Source of the DNA: Octopus vulgaris
Lineage: Eukaryota
Length of the DNA stretch: 64,000 nucleotides
Assembly: GCA_951406725.2 (NCBI GenBank)
Contig: OX597818.1
Span: 63,364,001-63,428,000 of the forward strand
Reading direction: 5' to 3'
The notes below the pieces were generated by a model. It did no database searches and was not told the origin of the DNA. It saw only the letters and a list, made by a program, of their open reading frames with translations. Position numbers and translations under genes: made by a program. Position 1 is the first letter of the stretch; every line of letters starts with the position of its first letter. This document shows positions 1 through 13,960 of the stretch, one piece after another.

Positions 1-465
1 TTGCCACAGATTTAAGAATAATTTGTCAATTGTTTTGAAACGTCAATCCGATTCGACGTATTCAAATCAATGAATGACCGAGAACACACAAGTAAACCCT
101 TTTCAATTTAGATTCAGTAAAAAAAAAAACAAACAACTTTTCGGGAGTACACTTTTGTTTCATCTCATCCGCAAGAAATTAAAATATACTTGTTGGTTGA
201 TTTATATAACATCATTCTGCGTGACATTGTCTTTAAACGCACAACAGATAAACTCCTGCGCTCGATTTTATAATCATTTCACGCTTGCATTAAAATAATG
301 CAATAATTTTAAATGGTTAACCAGGGAAACGATGGATCTCTCGACATGTCTCTGAAGAAATTAGAATAAAGCTTTTTCACAAAATAAGAGGAGGGGGTTA
401 AATTAATAATTTTACGAAAAATAACTGCACTACGACTAGAAATCTATAAATAAGCAAGTATGGAA

Positions 466-524
<59 letters not shown>

Positions 525-589
525 GAATACATTGGAAAATAACAGTACAGAGAGGCAAAGATAATATTCCTGAGAAGCAAAACAGTTGA

Positions 590-1154
590 AGAAATAATAA
601 AACATGTCAGATTGCTAGGGACCCAGTGGAACAAATTTGTATCTTTTCGGGGAGATACAAAAGACGTGCGATCCACATGTCATCAGGAGGGTGTTCTGGA
701 GTAATAGAACGCATCGTAAATATACCCGAGTGAAACAACCAATAGAAGAGAATATGACCAAAAATTGCGTGCACTCCATCCCATATAGCTGTGGTAGGTT
801 ATACAAAGATTAAACTTGCTGCCCCCAGAAAATAAGGGTAGAGAAATATCTCAAATCTGTGACACGAGGAGATATTGATAAATCGGGTATCGTTGATAAT
901 ATATGGAAAGATGGAGACCACCTTCCCCATGGGATGAAGTTAAAATAATAGACAGAGAACACCACTGGAAAATACGAAAGCTAAAAGAAGCAGCACGTAT
1001 GCTAGGACACAACAATCTCCTACGTAGACCGAGTGCAGATGTGAGAAGCACATGGGAAGCGGTATTAAGTAAGGATAGGACATAGTAGATTTATAAGCGC
1101 TAAAATTCCCTCCATAATTGCCCACGGGCATGTGGCATAGTGGTTAAGAACGCT

Positions 1155-1187
<33 letters not shown>

Positions 1188-1460
1188 ATAGATAGACGTT
1201 TATGAATATGAGCTGCAAGTTTCCTGATATGACACCCCCTGTTGAAACACAGATTCCGAGTTCGACTCCAGGTAGTGACCTGAATAATAATGATATCATC
1301 GAAAAATATCTTAGGACTGAGAACCCAGGTTCGAAATTTCTCCAAGGCTCCAGATTAAGGCTGGAAGGTATATTAGCCTAAACGTTTTGTTAACAACAAA
1401 CAAGATGAAGACAAATATCCGTCAGATGTAAATAATGTAAATATTATGTACATAATTCCT
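590..1460 (+). mobile_element. Penelope-like element 3' fragment (GIY-YIG endonuclease C-terminus plus terminal region)
   Basis: Frameshifted ...IPYSCGRLY... and WDEVKIIDREHHWKIRKLKEAA. Clearly homologous to 45205-45845. The terminal region recurs at 2490-2635 (-) and 3310-3425 (+). Confidence 0.75.
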
Positions 1461-2352
1461 TAAATATAGAACCCTATGAACCAATCTATAATGAATAAAC
1501 TATAACGAAATAAGCCATAATAAACCAAGTCGCAATGGAGGAAAAAGCGAGAGAAGGGGTCAGTAAAAGACAGGACTCGGTAAAAACCAGGGAAAAACAG
1601 ATTGACAGCTGATAATGACTCCAATGCCGTAGGGGGAAAGGATGAGCGTGATGTCCGGTGATAAATTGATAAGAGCAACGAGGGAAAATTGATTTGAGAA
1701 TCAGTTACGGGATATTGCTGGTGAGTCTACTTACATTGAAATTCAAACTATTATGTTGAACAATATTGAATCCTATCAGTTATTGGGACTATGTATCTGA
1801 GTTTACAACTTATTTACGTTATTTACCGCTCAATTCTGAAATTATATATATATAACACAATTACAAATCAATATTCATTTCCATATTTTATGCCTTCAGT
1901 TGCATGCTTACATTTATTCATAAATTGTCATGATTACATCAGTATTTTACACATAAAACAATGCTTTTACCAGAACATGGTATAAATAAAATATTTTATA
2001 TTCCTACCTGATAGCATTTGCGCTGGGTTCTGATGGTGAGTGTTTAAGGAAGAACGTTGTTTAATTTATTCAAAATATTTATCGACACCATTTGTATATC
2101 ATTAGAGACTATAGTCATTAAGAATTCAGACGCTAGTCGATATCTGCTGCAGATAACGCTAAAAGAAGCAGAAATCTAGACGAAGCAATTACCCTCGCTA
2201 CTTATGGGCTTTTTCGTCTGCTATCGATACACTTATCTGCTCTTAGCCCTCACATTCGGGCATAGTCCTCTCTCTTTCCAAGTTATATATGACAGACAGA
2301 TACCTACTACGAAACAACAATGCTTTCGTTGCCAATAATGAACCAACACAAG

Positions 2353-2397
<45 letters not shown>

Positions 2398-2539
2398 GTG
2401 TATGTGTGTGTGTATGCGTGTATTTATGCGTATATTCTGGTACATATATATACAATGAAAGAAATACATAGATGCATATATACATTATGTACGTTATTAA
2501 CATTTGACGGATATTTGTCCTCATCTTGTTTGTTGTTAA

Positions 2540-2585
2540 CACAACGCTTCGGCTGATATACCCTCCAGCCTTCATCAGATGTCTT
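2540..2585 (-). ncRNA. Hammerhead ribozyme-like core in a Penelope-type terminal repeat
   Basis: The minus strand reads CTGATGA-aGGCTGgagggtatatCAGCC-GAAgC, with one core substitution. Confidence 0.5.
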
Positions 2586-2645
2586 GGGGAATTTCGAACC
2601 TGGGTTCTCTTCCTAAGCCATTTGTCGATCTTCATGTTGTTGTTG

Positions 2646-2734
<89 letters not shown>

Positions 2735-2737
<3 letters not shown>

Positions 2738-3033
2738 TAGTTTTATTTTTATAGCGTGCTTTCACTTCACTACCGAGCTGCGCTCGGTAGTGGCTCTGAT
2801 AGTTATTGTATGGAAAGTGTTCTGCGTACGATGTGTGCAGTGCCTAGCAGTGCAATTTTCTGTATGTTATATGTGTTTGTAAGTCCTGGTGTTTTTTTTT
2901 ATCATACCTAATGCGCCTACTATGATAGGAATTGTTTCTGTTTTTAGATTCCACATTCTAGTTACCTCTATTTCCAGGCCTTTGTATTTTGAAAGTTTCT
3001 CCATTTCTTTTAGAGACACGTTGTCATCTGCTG

Positions 3034-3034
<1 letters not shown>
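2735..3034 (-). mobile_element. R4/Dong-clade LINE 3' end (restriction-like endonuclease) inside (TAA)n
   Basis: PADDNVSLKEMEKLSKYKGLEIEVTRMWNLKTETIPIIVGALG followed by IQKIALLGTAHIVRRTL. Flanked by (TTA)n on both sides. Confidence 0.8.
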
Positions 3035-3067
<33 letters not shown>

Positions 3068-3181
3068 CATCATCATCTTTTTCTTCTTCTTCTTCTTCTT
3101 CTTCTTCTTCTTCTTCTTCTTCTTCTTCTTCTTCTTCTTCTTCTTTTTCTTCTTCTCCTTCTTCTTCTTATTATAATATTA

Positions 3182-3238
<57 letters not shown>

Positions 3239-5314
3239 TGTCACTGCTCAGAATCGAACTCGGAATCTTGGGATTAGTAGCTCGCGCTCTAACCCACTAC
3301 GTCATATGGAGGTTATATCAGCCCAAACGTTGTGTTAACACCAAACAAGATGAGGACAAATATCCGTCAATTTTAAATAATTTTTATGATGTACATAATT
3401 CGTCATTTCTTAAACATAGAACTGTATAGATGCATATATCCCTAACTACATCCATACATATAATTATTGTTGTAAGCTGGGGTAAACCGCTTAGATAATA
3501 TCTAGCATTTACTAAGAAATCAAAAGTAATGAAAGGAAATCCAAATTTCCTCAGGTTCTGAATGAATATCTGGTTTTGTATAATATTTGTCGCTTAAACG
3601 TCTGACATATTTAGTATGCAAAGTCCCAAAAGGTTTGATTCTTACAATACGCTACGTAAAAGTATCGTGTTAGAAATTCGAAATTGTGTCGATGCTTGCT
3701 CAACATGCGTAAGGCTTTCTCTCTTTTTACTCCCTGATATTTCAACTATTATTATTAACGTGTGGCGTAAGCTTTTACAAGATTTATGAATACATTGTAT
3801 TGTGATTCAATAATTTCTTGAATTCTATATTCCTAGCATATGTATATTGAGCTTTTTTTTTTTAAATTGCATCAATCGTATATTGAAAGCAAATATCAGC
3901 AATCGATGAAAAAATATTTCTATTTATTAAAAAAATCAAAGCTCGTTTGTAATCCAATAAAATACAAGCAACTGTAAATGTATCATCGATTTATTTTTAA
4001 TCACAAGGCTCCTTTGTATAAGAAGTTATATAGCTGATAATCCCTGCCAATATACATTACGGGTGCTTATTTTATCGATCAGGAAGTGATTAAAGAAATG
4101 AAAGCTGGCTTGCTCTGAAGTAAAAATTGGTGAAATTGAAATACATGCATAAAATATAAAACACAGATTGATGGACCACTACACTGCACTTATAATATGC
4201 ACAGCGTAGTTTATATAGAAACCGAGTTTCTATTCCTATTTATCATGGCAATAATAATAAATACAATATATTCTATTTTTGTCTCAATAAATAAAATTAT
4301 TTTTCATATTGAAGCAATAAATCAGTTCTACTTTTCATCATCCAATCATCTATTTCTCACAAAACAAACAAAGAAACATTATTCTCGCAGAGTATAATTT
4401 AGCCACATTCGACAATAATTTCGACAAATTCGAAAGATGCTCTGTTGCACCTGCATGCATTGCATTATTTTAATGCAAGCGTGCAATGATTGTAAAATGG
4501 AGCGCAGGAGTTTATCTGTTGTGCGTTTTAAGATAATGTCACGCAGAATGATGTTATACAAATCAACCAACAAGTATGATTTAATTTACAACTGGAGGTT
4601 TTCAAAAGAACCACCCACGTTTCACGTGCGAAAGAGGCATTTCATTTTATATTTCTTATTATTATAAGTAAACAAAAAAAAAAACATGATCAAAAGTTTA
4701 TTTAAAAGAAAGTAAAGTTACGTTGTTAAATCTAGAACACATGATGTGGAATTCAATATCAACAACATGGGTGCGCCTCGCGCAACGTGTTGTTCGTTGT
4801 CTCGTGGTATAAGTATTCAATCATCCTGCTAAAATAGAAAACCAGTTGAGCGGACCTCCTCTTTTCCGCTAGGCCACGAAATGTAACAATGTTACTGGTG
4901 AGAATGGCCAAATGTGAGAAAATTAAGATGCCTGTATCCACTCGCAACGGCAGAGAGGTTTACATGAATTAACATATGTTACGAGATGAACACGTTTGCA
5001 GTTGCTACTTACGGTCATGAAGGAATGAATGTATGTTGCTGGCGATTATGAAATTTTCGCTACGATTCCAGGCTTGGAACCTGCCTTGCGTGTCCAAAAC
5101 ATAGCTCAACATGGCAATACACCAGATTGTTGGGGGGGGGGGCTTTTATACTGGGTCTTTTAATGTCAATGTTTCATACTTTTCACAAGTTCGTGTTTTC
5201 GGAGCTTGTCTGCAGAGACACGAAGTTAATTGTAAGCATTACTTGAAGACATGAACCACCATAGAATTATAACTTGTGAGAGATTCTTACTCCACCCACA
5301 CACACAAATACTCC

Positions 5315-5376
<62 letters not shown>

Positions 5377-6684
5377 GGATGAATGAATTATCCTTTGTTT
5401 ACCGTTAACATGGAAAATTCAATAAACAGTTACCAGGGTAGCAAAATTCACGCAAAGTACCAAGGATGTAGCGACCTATTCAAAGGTAGAAACTCCGAGT
5501 TAATGTGCAGTAATTTGTGTAGTGTAAATAAATGGAGTTGAACGAAGATGTTATTAAAATTCTTTTACTTTCGACATATGTTTCGAAGACAACATTGGTT
5601 TTATTCCAAAGGAATACACGGTGTAAAATGCAATCTTCTCACCAGGAAAGAAAGAGAGCTTATCTCAACAACAATATATTATAACAATTTCGATGACTGC
5701 CTAAGTGATAAACAGAACGCTATTAAGTATTTTAAAGAAAACCGTTAGTAGATTCGATGTCAAAGACAGATACTAGGAAGAGAAGTTTTAAAGAAATAAT
5801 AAGTAGAGAACAAATAGAGGGGGATACGTTGGTTGAAAAAATGTTCAAAGACTTGGAAGTAGATTTCTCTATTGAAGTAAAGTGCAAGTTATACTAACTG
5901 TTCAAACTATAAAGACTGGTAAAATCACTTATATGAGCTCAACAAAAATTATTAATAACAGAACAACAAACACTCCAGTTGCCCCCCCATAAAACAAACG
6001 CCTACCTTTAGTCGAGCTTTAAACGTTCAATATTTCACGTCGAAAGACGTGACTTCCAAGCCGCATGCAAATGCGAACTCTTCTGTCAAGTAAGGTAAAG
6101 CAAACTACTTACCACACAGCCACTCCTGCGCCTGTATGTATGTATATATTACAAAAATATTTTATGATATACATAATCATAACAAGTTTTCAGTTTTATG
6201 CCTCACCACGAACTGCAACTAATTGAATCTAAAGCCAGCCCTTGTTATAATTATAAAATATTTAGTAAAATTTACCTACGAGGTTTTTATTTTCGCATTT
6301 TGTAGTCATAAACTCTTACAACAAACCCTTAATAAGCTCCTTAATTACATACAATTTAAATAGCAAGTTAACTTAGTAAACATTCATTTTAATTAACGCA
6401 TTCTATATTTTTGTAAGCCTCCCCTTGATCCCTGTTAAATGATAGCATCATTAACCTTCATAAATTACTCAGAACGGTAATGGAAGCTGAGCGTTTATTT
6501 CAGGTGCATCGTCCTTATTGTAATGAATGTGAAGGTCTTCGTTTAATGTGTCTCATAAAACCGCATCCATTGTGCACTCCATCATTTCCCGTTTTATTCC
6601 TCTCGTTCAGTCGGCCATAGTGAGTTGACAGGAACATAATTAACATAATTAAATAATCATAATGCTATAAGAGCAGCAACGAAA

Positions 6685-6742
6685 GGCTGCTGCTGCTGTT
6701 GCCACTACTGCAACTACTACTACTACAACTGCTACTGCTACA

Positions 6743-6794
<52 letters not shown>

Positions 6795-6904
6795 TGATCA
6801 CCACAAGAATCACAACATCAAATCAACAACACCACTGCTGCTGCTGGTACTACTGCTGCTTCTACTATTTCTACCACTACTACTACTACTACTACTATTA
6901 CTCT

Positions 6905-6945
<41 letters not shown>

Positions 6946-6958
6946 TTACTATTACTAC

Positions 6959-6989
<31 letters not shown>

Positions 6990-6991
6990 CT

Positions 6992-7025
<34 letters not shown>

Positions 7026-7165
7026 GCTGCTGCTACTAATACTACTACTGCTACTACTAATGATAATAATAATAATAATAATAATACAAATATCAGCAAC
7101 AACAACAACAACAATAATAATGATAATATAACGACAACGACAAGCATTAACAAGAACAACGGCAA
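6685..7165. repeat. Compound trinucleotide microsatellite (TGC/TAC/TAA/CAA)
   Basis: Read directly from the sequence. Confidence 0.95.
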
Positions 7166-7349
7166 CAATAATATTAAGTAATGAATGCAATTTATCGTAC
7201 GGAGATTAAGTTCATCGGATGAAATTTAGAAACCGGAAAGGTTTATGGACGCACAGCATTCGCCAATTCATTTCATGTCTCATTTATAAACTGAAATTTT
7301 AATATTCTATGCTTCCGAATTTGTTAATTTATAGTGTAAATGATGCACT

Positions 7350-10300
7350 ATAAAATGCACAGAGTTTAGAGTTGGGATCAAATGATATAATGCGGTGATT
7401 TATTCAATTTCATTATCATTTCCTTTTCCATATTACTCCATTATTATTAAGTATGAAACAATTCACATTTCTGTTAAATTATGCTACCTTTCTATTCCTT
7501 TGTACAACCAATCCAATTTAGTTAGTTAGCATACATTTAATCCACTATCCGATTATCTATTCCGAATATTACTTCAGATAATTCACATTTTATTTTCTCA
7601 TGCGGAAAAACTAGAAATTAAAACGGAACATATATCGTAAATTGCTCGTATATTATATCATTATATAGACGTTCTGTGTTGCACTTTATACAGATTTACA
7701 TTAAAGGAAAGAATGTATAGTGGCTTCCTTGCGATTATGCGATTCAATGACAAAATTTAATATCCGAAATAAAGATAGATATATTTTATTATGCACAAAA
7801 TAAGTTATATTCCACATTAATAAAATATTTGTAGATAAATCGAAATACATTTTATAGAAATTATATTATCGTATTTCTTTTATTCCTCAATGCATTGATT
7901 TTGTTATCATTTTCAGACGACACATAGCTTTTCCATACGTTAGAGTGGCCTGATAACTCTATAGAAATAAGCTTCATGCTGTGTCAAAGGAAATCGCTGA
8001 ATTGGATTCGTACCAAATTTCACTATTCGAAGAAGCCGAACATTGCTTGAATGTCGGAAGCTTTTAACAAGTTGGCTCGCTTGTGTTATGTTATATCTGG
8101 TTGACATCACACGTATAGATCCTAGCGCCAAAATAATGCGATATTGCCAATATGTAGATCAGTACACGTTTGCCAAATAGTCCATAGGTTAAGATTTCAC
8201 TAAAAAAAATTGACTTTGACTTTTTTGTACTGGTGCCAAACGTGAAAAAGACGCCCATAGCTAAGAACAAATACATAATATATGCAAAGTAAAGGATAAA
8301 AACTGAATTCTTTTAAAGAAACACTCCTTATTTTCTTATTTCAAATAAAATCACCGTTCGCAGTGACTACTTCTCACAGCAAACATCGTGGTCTCCACTG
8401 ATTTCATGATAGCTGATAAAGGAAAGATGTCAAGCGCAATTTTTTACATACCAGGCTTTTGGTATTTACAATGTAAGGAATCTTCTTCTAGTAACGTTTT
8501 ATATTTCGCGTTGTCTTCATATTTTTCTGATAGTTTATCATCTTCTTTGAATATTGAGCTCCTCATGATTCTACGGACTATTTCAAGACCACATATTTTG
8601 CCAAGTCTATATTGCAAAACCTGAGAGTTTCAAACCGCACTTTCACTTTGATCTGTTTGCTTTGAGAATAGAAAATTGTTCTAAATCCATTCATGAGTCA
8701 TTCACATAAAATTGCTAATATGTGTGGAATTTTGAAGACAATTATTTTATCTTTGCATAAGCAGAGGATGCAGTGCACACGCTGCATTTACATATCTTCC
8801 AAATTTGAGTTACGGTGTAACATCCTGAAATGGGAAAACTATCCCAAGTGCCTGTATGAAAATCGACTCTTAAAATCAGCCATGGTATTGAGCACTCTTA
8901 TTCTTACCTTTGACTATTCATTACCTTCGACTGGAAATTTAGTTAAAACTGTAAATGTTTAAAAAGAGCGTTTTGGATTTACATCATAAACATTCGTAGT
9001 AACTACCGGTGGGTATTAAGACCGATGAATAAAGACTTTGCAAAATCGCAGGCTATTGTCTCAATCGAAATAGATTTTAGTTTTCACTGATGTTACTAAT
9101 ATACTTTAAACGTATCTATACCCAAATGCAATAATATGAAAATATACCAACTTTCTCTAATTGCAGATTTAACCATACTTTAAATGAGCAAGCAAAAACA
9201 ACCCAGAGATAATTGTTGACATGCTGGTAAATATTTTGGTATAGTTTCTAAGAATTTGGTCCTGGAACAAATGCATTTATGAGCACCAAAGTTCTACTTC
9301 GAAATATAAAGGAGTTAGTGGAACTCTTAATATTCGATAAAGCAGCACGCTATTGAATATTTCCAAGGTTTGGAGCGAGGAAAGCACTTTCTGTTTTAAA
9401 GATTTCTCTGTGTAGTTCTTACGAAGTTAGTAGAATGGAAAATGTAACGCGTTTAAGGGTGGTACAGATTTACATGTAGATTGAACTAAATATGAGCTTG
9501 ATTGAACATGGCTTAATGGGTGCAGTTTATCTCTTATCTCTCAATTTGGACAAATGCTGTTATTGTACTTTACTGAAAGTCCAACAAGATGACTACAAAA
9601 TTATGCCTGTTGCCCCAACTGTTATATAAATGAATTCAAAGATAGGTGGCATCATGATTCTGACAGGAACGATGACAATAGCAATAAATACACATACAAT
9701 GAGAAATGTGACGTCATATGGCTGATTTATATTTCTGTCAGTTGATCAAAAAAAAGCGCATACATATATTTCTTTATTACCTACTAGGGGCTAAACATAG
9801 AAGGGACAAATAAGGAGATTAAGTCGATTACATCCATCCCAGTGATTAACTTGTACTATTTAATCGACTCCGAAGGATAAAAGGCTAAGTAGACCTCGGC
9901 GGAATTTGAACTCAGAAGGTAACAGCTGGCGAAATACCGCTAGGTATTTCACCCGGCGTACTAACGTTTCTGCCAACACGCCGCCTTACATTGTGCATAC
10001 ATTTAAGAAAATGAATCATGAAATTTCAGGAAATTTTCCGCAATTTTAACGGACGAACATCAAAAGCGAATTTCTTCCAGAGAAGCCATTGTAAATTCTG
10101 TCATATCTTAACTTGCTCTAAGTCATATTATCTCGGTTCAAGAGAACCAACATTGCAACTGATTTCAGGTTATTGTAAAGAATACTGGCAATAATTTTGC
10201 CTACAACGGATAGGATATAACACTTTGAATTCTACTGTTTGTTTCTGCATTCCTACTTCTTAGAAATTTCAACATTCAATTGATCTAAATGTTAACGATA

Positions 10301-10950
10301 TTCGAAATTTGGCCCTAAAAATGATATTCAATAGGTTTTCAGTTAGGATTATTATTATTAATTCTGGGAGCTTTCTTTTTCTTAATGTTTCAAGGGACAG
10401 TCAGCTGTGTTATTTCGACTGGTTTTCCATGAGCATCGGTCGCTTCACCTTTCAAGAAAATTAAAAATGCATGTTTGTTTAAGATGGAGTTATATTCGGG
10501 GTATTTTTGCAACACTTACATGAGGTTATTTAACATTTTAAAAGACAATTGGTACTGCTTATCATTCACAAATGCACAAGGATAAAAACTGCAAAGATTG
10601 CTGAGACAGACAAGTCCACTGGGTTTTCCCGTATCATTACAACCAAGGAACCAGCTTATTTTGTCATTTCTCTTACTTCTTTCAGTCACTTGACTGCGGC
10701 CATGCTGGAGCACCGCGTTCACTCGAACAAATGGATCTCAAGACTTATACTTTGTAGCCTAGTACTTATTTTATCTGGCACTTTTGCCAAACCGCTATGT
10801 TACAGAGGGGTAAACACACCAGCATAAGTTGTCTAGCAATGATAGGAGGACAAAAGAAAAGCAAACATATACATCTATATCTATCAATCTATATATCTCC
10901 TTGTATACATACATACATACATAATACACAGACATACACACACACACAGA

Positions 10951-10996
<46 letters not shown>

Positions 10997-12280
10997 CGTG
11001 TGTGTGTGTGTGTGTATGAAAACAACAAGGTTATCCAGAGGTAATGCAGTACGATCGTTTCATGCGACTCCATTTAATTGAACAATGCAATCATTTCATT
11101 GCATCAATTTAAAATGTAGAGCAATCTTCAGCTACACAAAGACATAAAATTTAATTAAATTAGAAGGACACATTAGCATAATTTTACCCAAAATTTTCAA
11201 GAGGCATTTTGGCGTTAAATTGTACTAATGTGCCCTTCTAATTTAATTAAATTCTATGTCTTTTTGCAGCTGAAGATTGCTCTACATTTTAAATTGATGT
11301 AATGAAATGTTTGCATCGTTCAATTAAATGGAATCGCATGAAACGATCGTACTGCATTACCTCTGGATAACCTTGTTATCTATTGAGATGTCTTCGGTTA
11401 GCCCGAGTCTATAGTAGAATACACTTGCCCAAGATACTATGCAGTGCACCTGAAGCCGGAACCATGTGGTTAGAAAGCAAGCTACTAACTACACAACTAC
11501 TCCTGTCAAATCCTTAATTATATTTCAAAAGTTGTTTTTTTTAATTATGAAATGAGATCGTCTGTTATTGAAGATGAAATTTAATTTACTTGAGTTCTGC
11601 TAATGTTACCATTTCTGTAGAAGCAAGTCGCTCCTCTTGCTAACGTAAAGTTAGTAATGCTGTCGCCAGTACTCTTATCTTTACTGGCTTCAAAGAGTAG
11701 TTGGAGGTGAGAAATTTTAGTGATCATTTTCTTCAGCTTCGCCAAATGAATAATCATTGAAATTGGGAATTTAAGAGTAATTCGTGTGCTAAACCTTGAA
11801 ACGTAAACGTATTGTTCAATCAAGGAATCCAGATATGAAGGCATTTGTCTTTGATGTAGTCCAAATGCATCATATTATTGCATGTGCAGGCTATTTGACG
11901 TGTTGTGCGAACATGCTTCTCTGAAAAAAAGTAGTCGTAATTTTGAGTGATTTAGCTGACAGCACATCTTTTTGTTAGAAATACTTCGGTCTAAAGATAT
12001 GTTTTCTGCCATTGCCTGATGTTGCCATGTCATTTATAAATTTGTTCTGCCACGAAATTGTGATGAGGATGACCAAATTATTTTCGGCAAGTTTGTCGGG
12101 CAGTAAATTTCTATTTACATCCCATATTAAGAGTTCATTCCATTTTCCCGAACGCCTTACTCAAACGCCTTATGCCTGAAGTTGTTTTACATTAAAGCAT
12201 TTAAGAATGAAATATTTTACGCTTTGAATGTGGCAGGAGAGCAGAATCTAACTGGATATCAGCTTCTAAATTTACATTTT
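7350..12280 (+). pseudogene. Decayed LRR-coding segments
   Basis: HTLEWPDNSI and EAFNKLARL (~7930-8080), LKKIDFDFFVLVPNVKKTPIAKNK (8200-8271), NIKELVELLIF and NVTRLRVVQI (~9300-9470), IGNLRVIRVLNLE (~11762). Split by SINE and palindrome insertions. Confidence 0.6.
11024..11377. repeat. Long palindrome (foldback/MITE-like) inserted in a family B SINE
   Basis: aacaaggttatccagaggtaatgcagtacgatcg... mirrors ...cgatcgtactgcattacctctggataaccttgtt, with arms of ~160 bp. A diverged single arm lies at ~52072-52170. Confidence 0.9.
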
Positions 12281-12282
12281 AG

Positions 12283-13090
12283 TAAGTTAGTTAGTTAATT
12301 TTTTGGCTCAAAAAGCAAAAAGCAAGGCCATGTAGGGGGACATGGAGTTATGTACAGGGTGGTGTTCATTTAAAGAGTTCAGGCCACCTGTGGTCAAGGG
12401 AGACTTTGAACCGAGCGGTCGTCGGCATCTTCACCATCTCGTCCGGCAGCTTATTCCACGGATCCGCAACCCGGACGGAGAAAGCCCCTCACCTTCGATT
12501 GAGATGAAATCGTCGCAGATAGAGCTTTTCGGAATGACCCCGCAGCCGACGCTCTGGAGCAAGAGTGAAGAACAGCTCTTTCGAGAGCTTACACTTTCCG
12601 CTTATGATGTTGTGAGCAAGAATGAGATCACCACGGCGTCGTCGTTTTTCTAGAGAATAAAGGTCGAGCGTCTTCAGCCTTTCTTTATTCGACAAATTCT
12701 TGAGACCAAGAACCATTATGTTAGTCAGCTTGTGGACTCTTTCGAGGAGATAAGGAGAAGAGGCTTGAATCCCCTACTCCAATATGGGTCGCACCAGCGT
12801 GACATAGAGCGGTTGGAATATGGCTGCTGTGAGCATTCCGAATGTCCGTCGAATCAAGAAAAGAACTCCGCGTGCTTTGTTGGCAGCAGAGACGCACTGG
12901 GCCGAATGCGAAAAGGAGGAATCCACCAAGATACCCAGGTACTTTATCTGATTGGTCCTCTCCAGCACAGATGACCCGGCTCGAAATCAAGTTGAGTTGC
13001 AGGAGGAGAGCCAACAGACACATGACAGCACTTTGACACGTTCAGACACTTTCAGACACAGGTCCCATTCGTTAGACCATCTCCATATTT
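12283..13090 (-). mobile_element. CR1/L2-like LINE, 5'-truncated
   Basis: IKYLGILVDSSFSHSAQCVSAANKARGVL...LYVTLVRPILE and LDLYSLEKRRRRGDLI. (TAAC)n tail at ~12283-12298. Confidence 0.85.
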
Positions 13091-13409
13091 CGAGTAATTT
13101 TGTGCGACAAAACTAAATATATTTAGGGAAGTTGCCAGCTTCGGAAATATTTGTGTATTAAATGGAATATCAAGGAAATCTTCGGCGATCCACGGTCACT
13201 TTTCTACATGATGAGTCATTCTCCAAGTTCGTCTCTCAGTTATGCATTTTCTCTATTCTTGGCCTCTTAGAGCGCTATATTTGAAGCTTTAATCATTGAG
13301 GCACATGATCATCTAGAATAGCATTTCTTCCTTATCCATCTATTTGGTTACCATTATTCATGATAGCAATGAAAATATCATAAGAAATTATTTGCACACA
13401 CAATCTCTC

Positions 13410-13859
13410 ACATTATACGAAAATATTTTTCATAAAATTATTAACCATCTTACAAACAATAACTCTGAGCACCTTTTCAAACTCCACCCGTCTAACACCC
13501 ATGGACATATTTACGAAGTCAGAAAACAGCACAGCTCCCATGACTTTAGGAAACATTTTTTCACACTGAGAGTTGCTGAAGTATGGAACAAACTGCCGGT
13601 ACCAGTTGTTAGTTGTCGGAGCACTGCATCCTTCAAATCTTCCATGCTTTCTGATATTCGCCAACACTACACCTGATTTTCTCCCCTCCATACACACACA
13701 AGGATGTATCTGACTCATACATTATTCGCTTTCCAGACACTTGTACATTACTGCACATACTTTATACGCACTTTCTGACGAGTTGTGGTGCACCTGAGCA
13801 CTGTATACAATAATTTCACTATTATTATTATTATTGTTATTATTATTATTATAATTATA

Positions 13860-13955
<96 letters not shown>

Positions 13956-13960
13956 TATTA
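13410..13960 (+). mobile_element. CR1-like LINE 3' end with UTR and (TTA)n tail
   Basis: THGHIYEVRKQHSSHDFRKHFFTLRVAEVWNKLP is a typical CR1 ORF2 C-terminus. Confidence 0.8.

Larger units (their letters stand above)
1700..6090 (+). pseudogene. Decayed LRR-coding segments, interrupted by repeats
   Basis: Manual + strand translation gives CISLETIVIKNS (~2094), KQISAIDEKIFLFIKKIK (3887), RGLHELTYV (4954) and LVEKMFKDLEV (~5829). These fit parts of the LxxLxLxxNxIxxIxxxxF consensus. Many stops and frameshifts. Confidence 0.45.
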
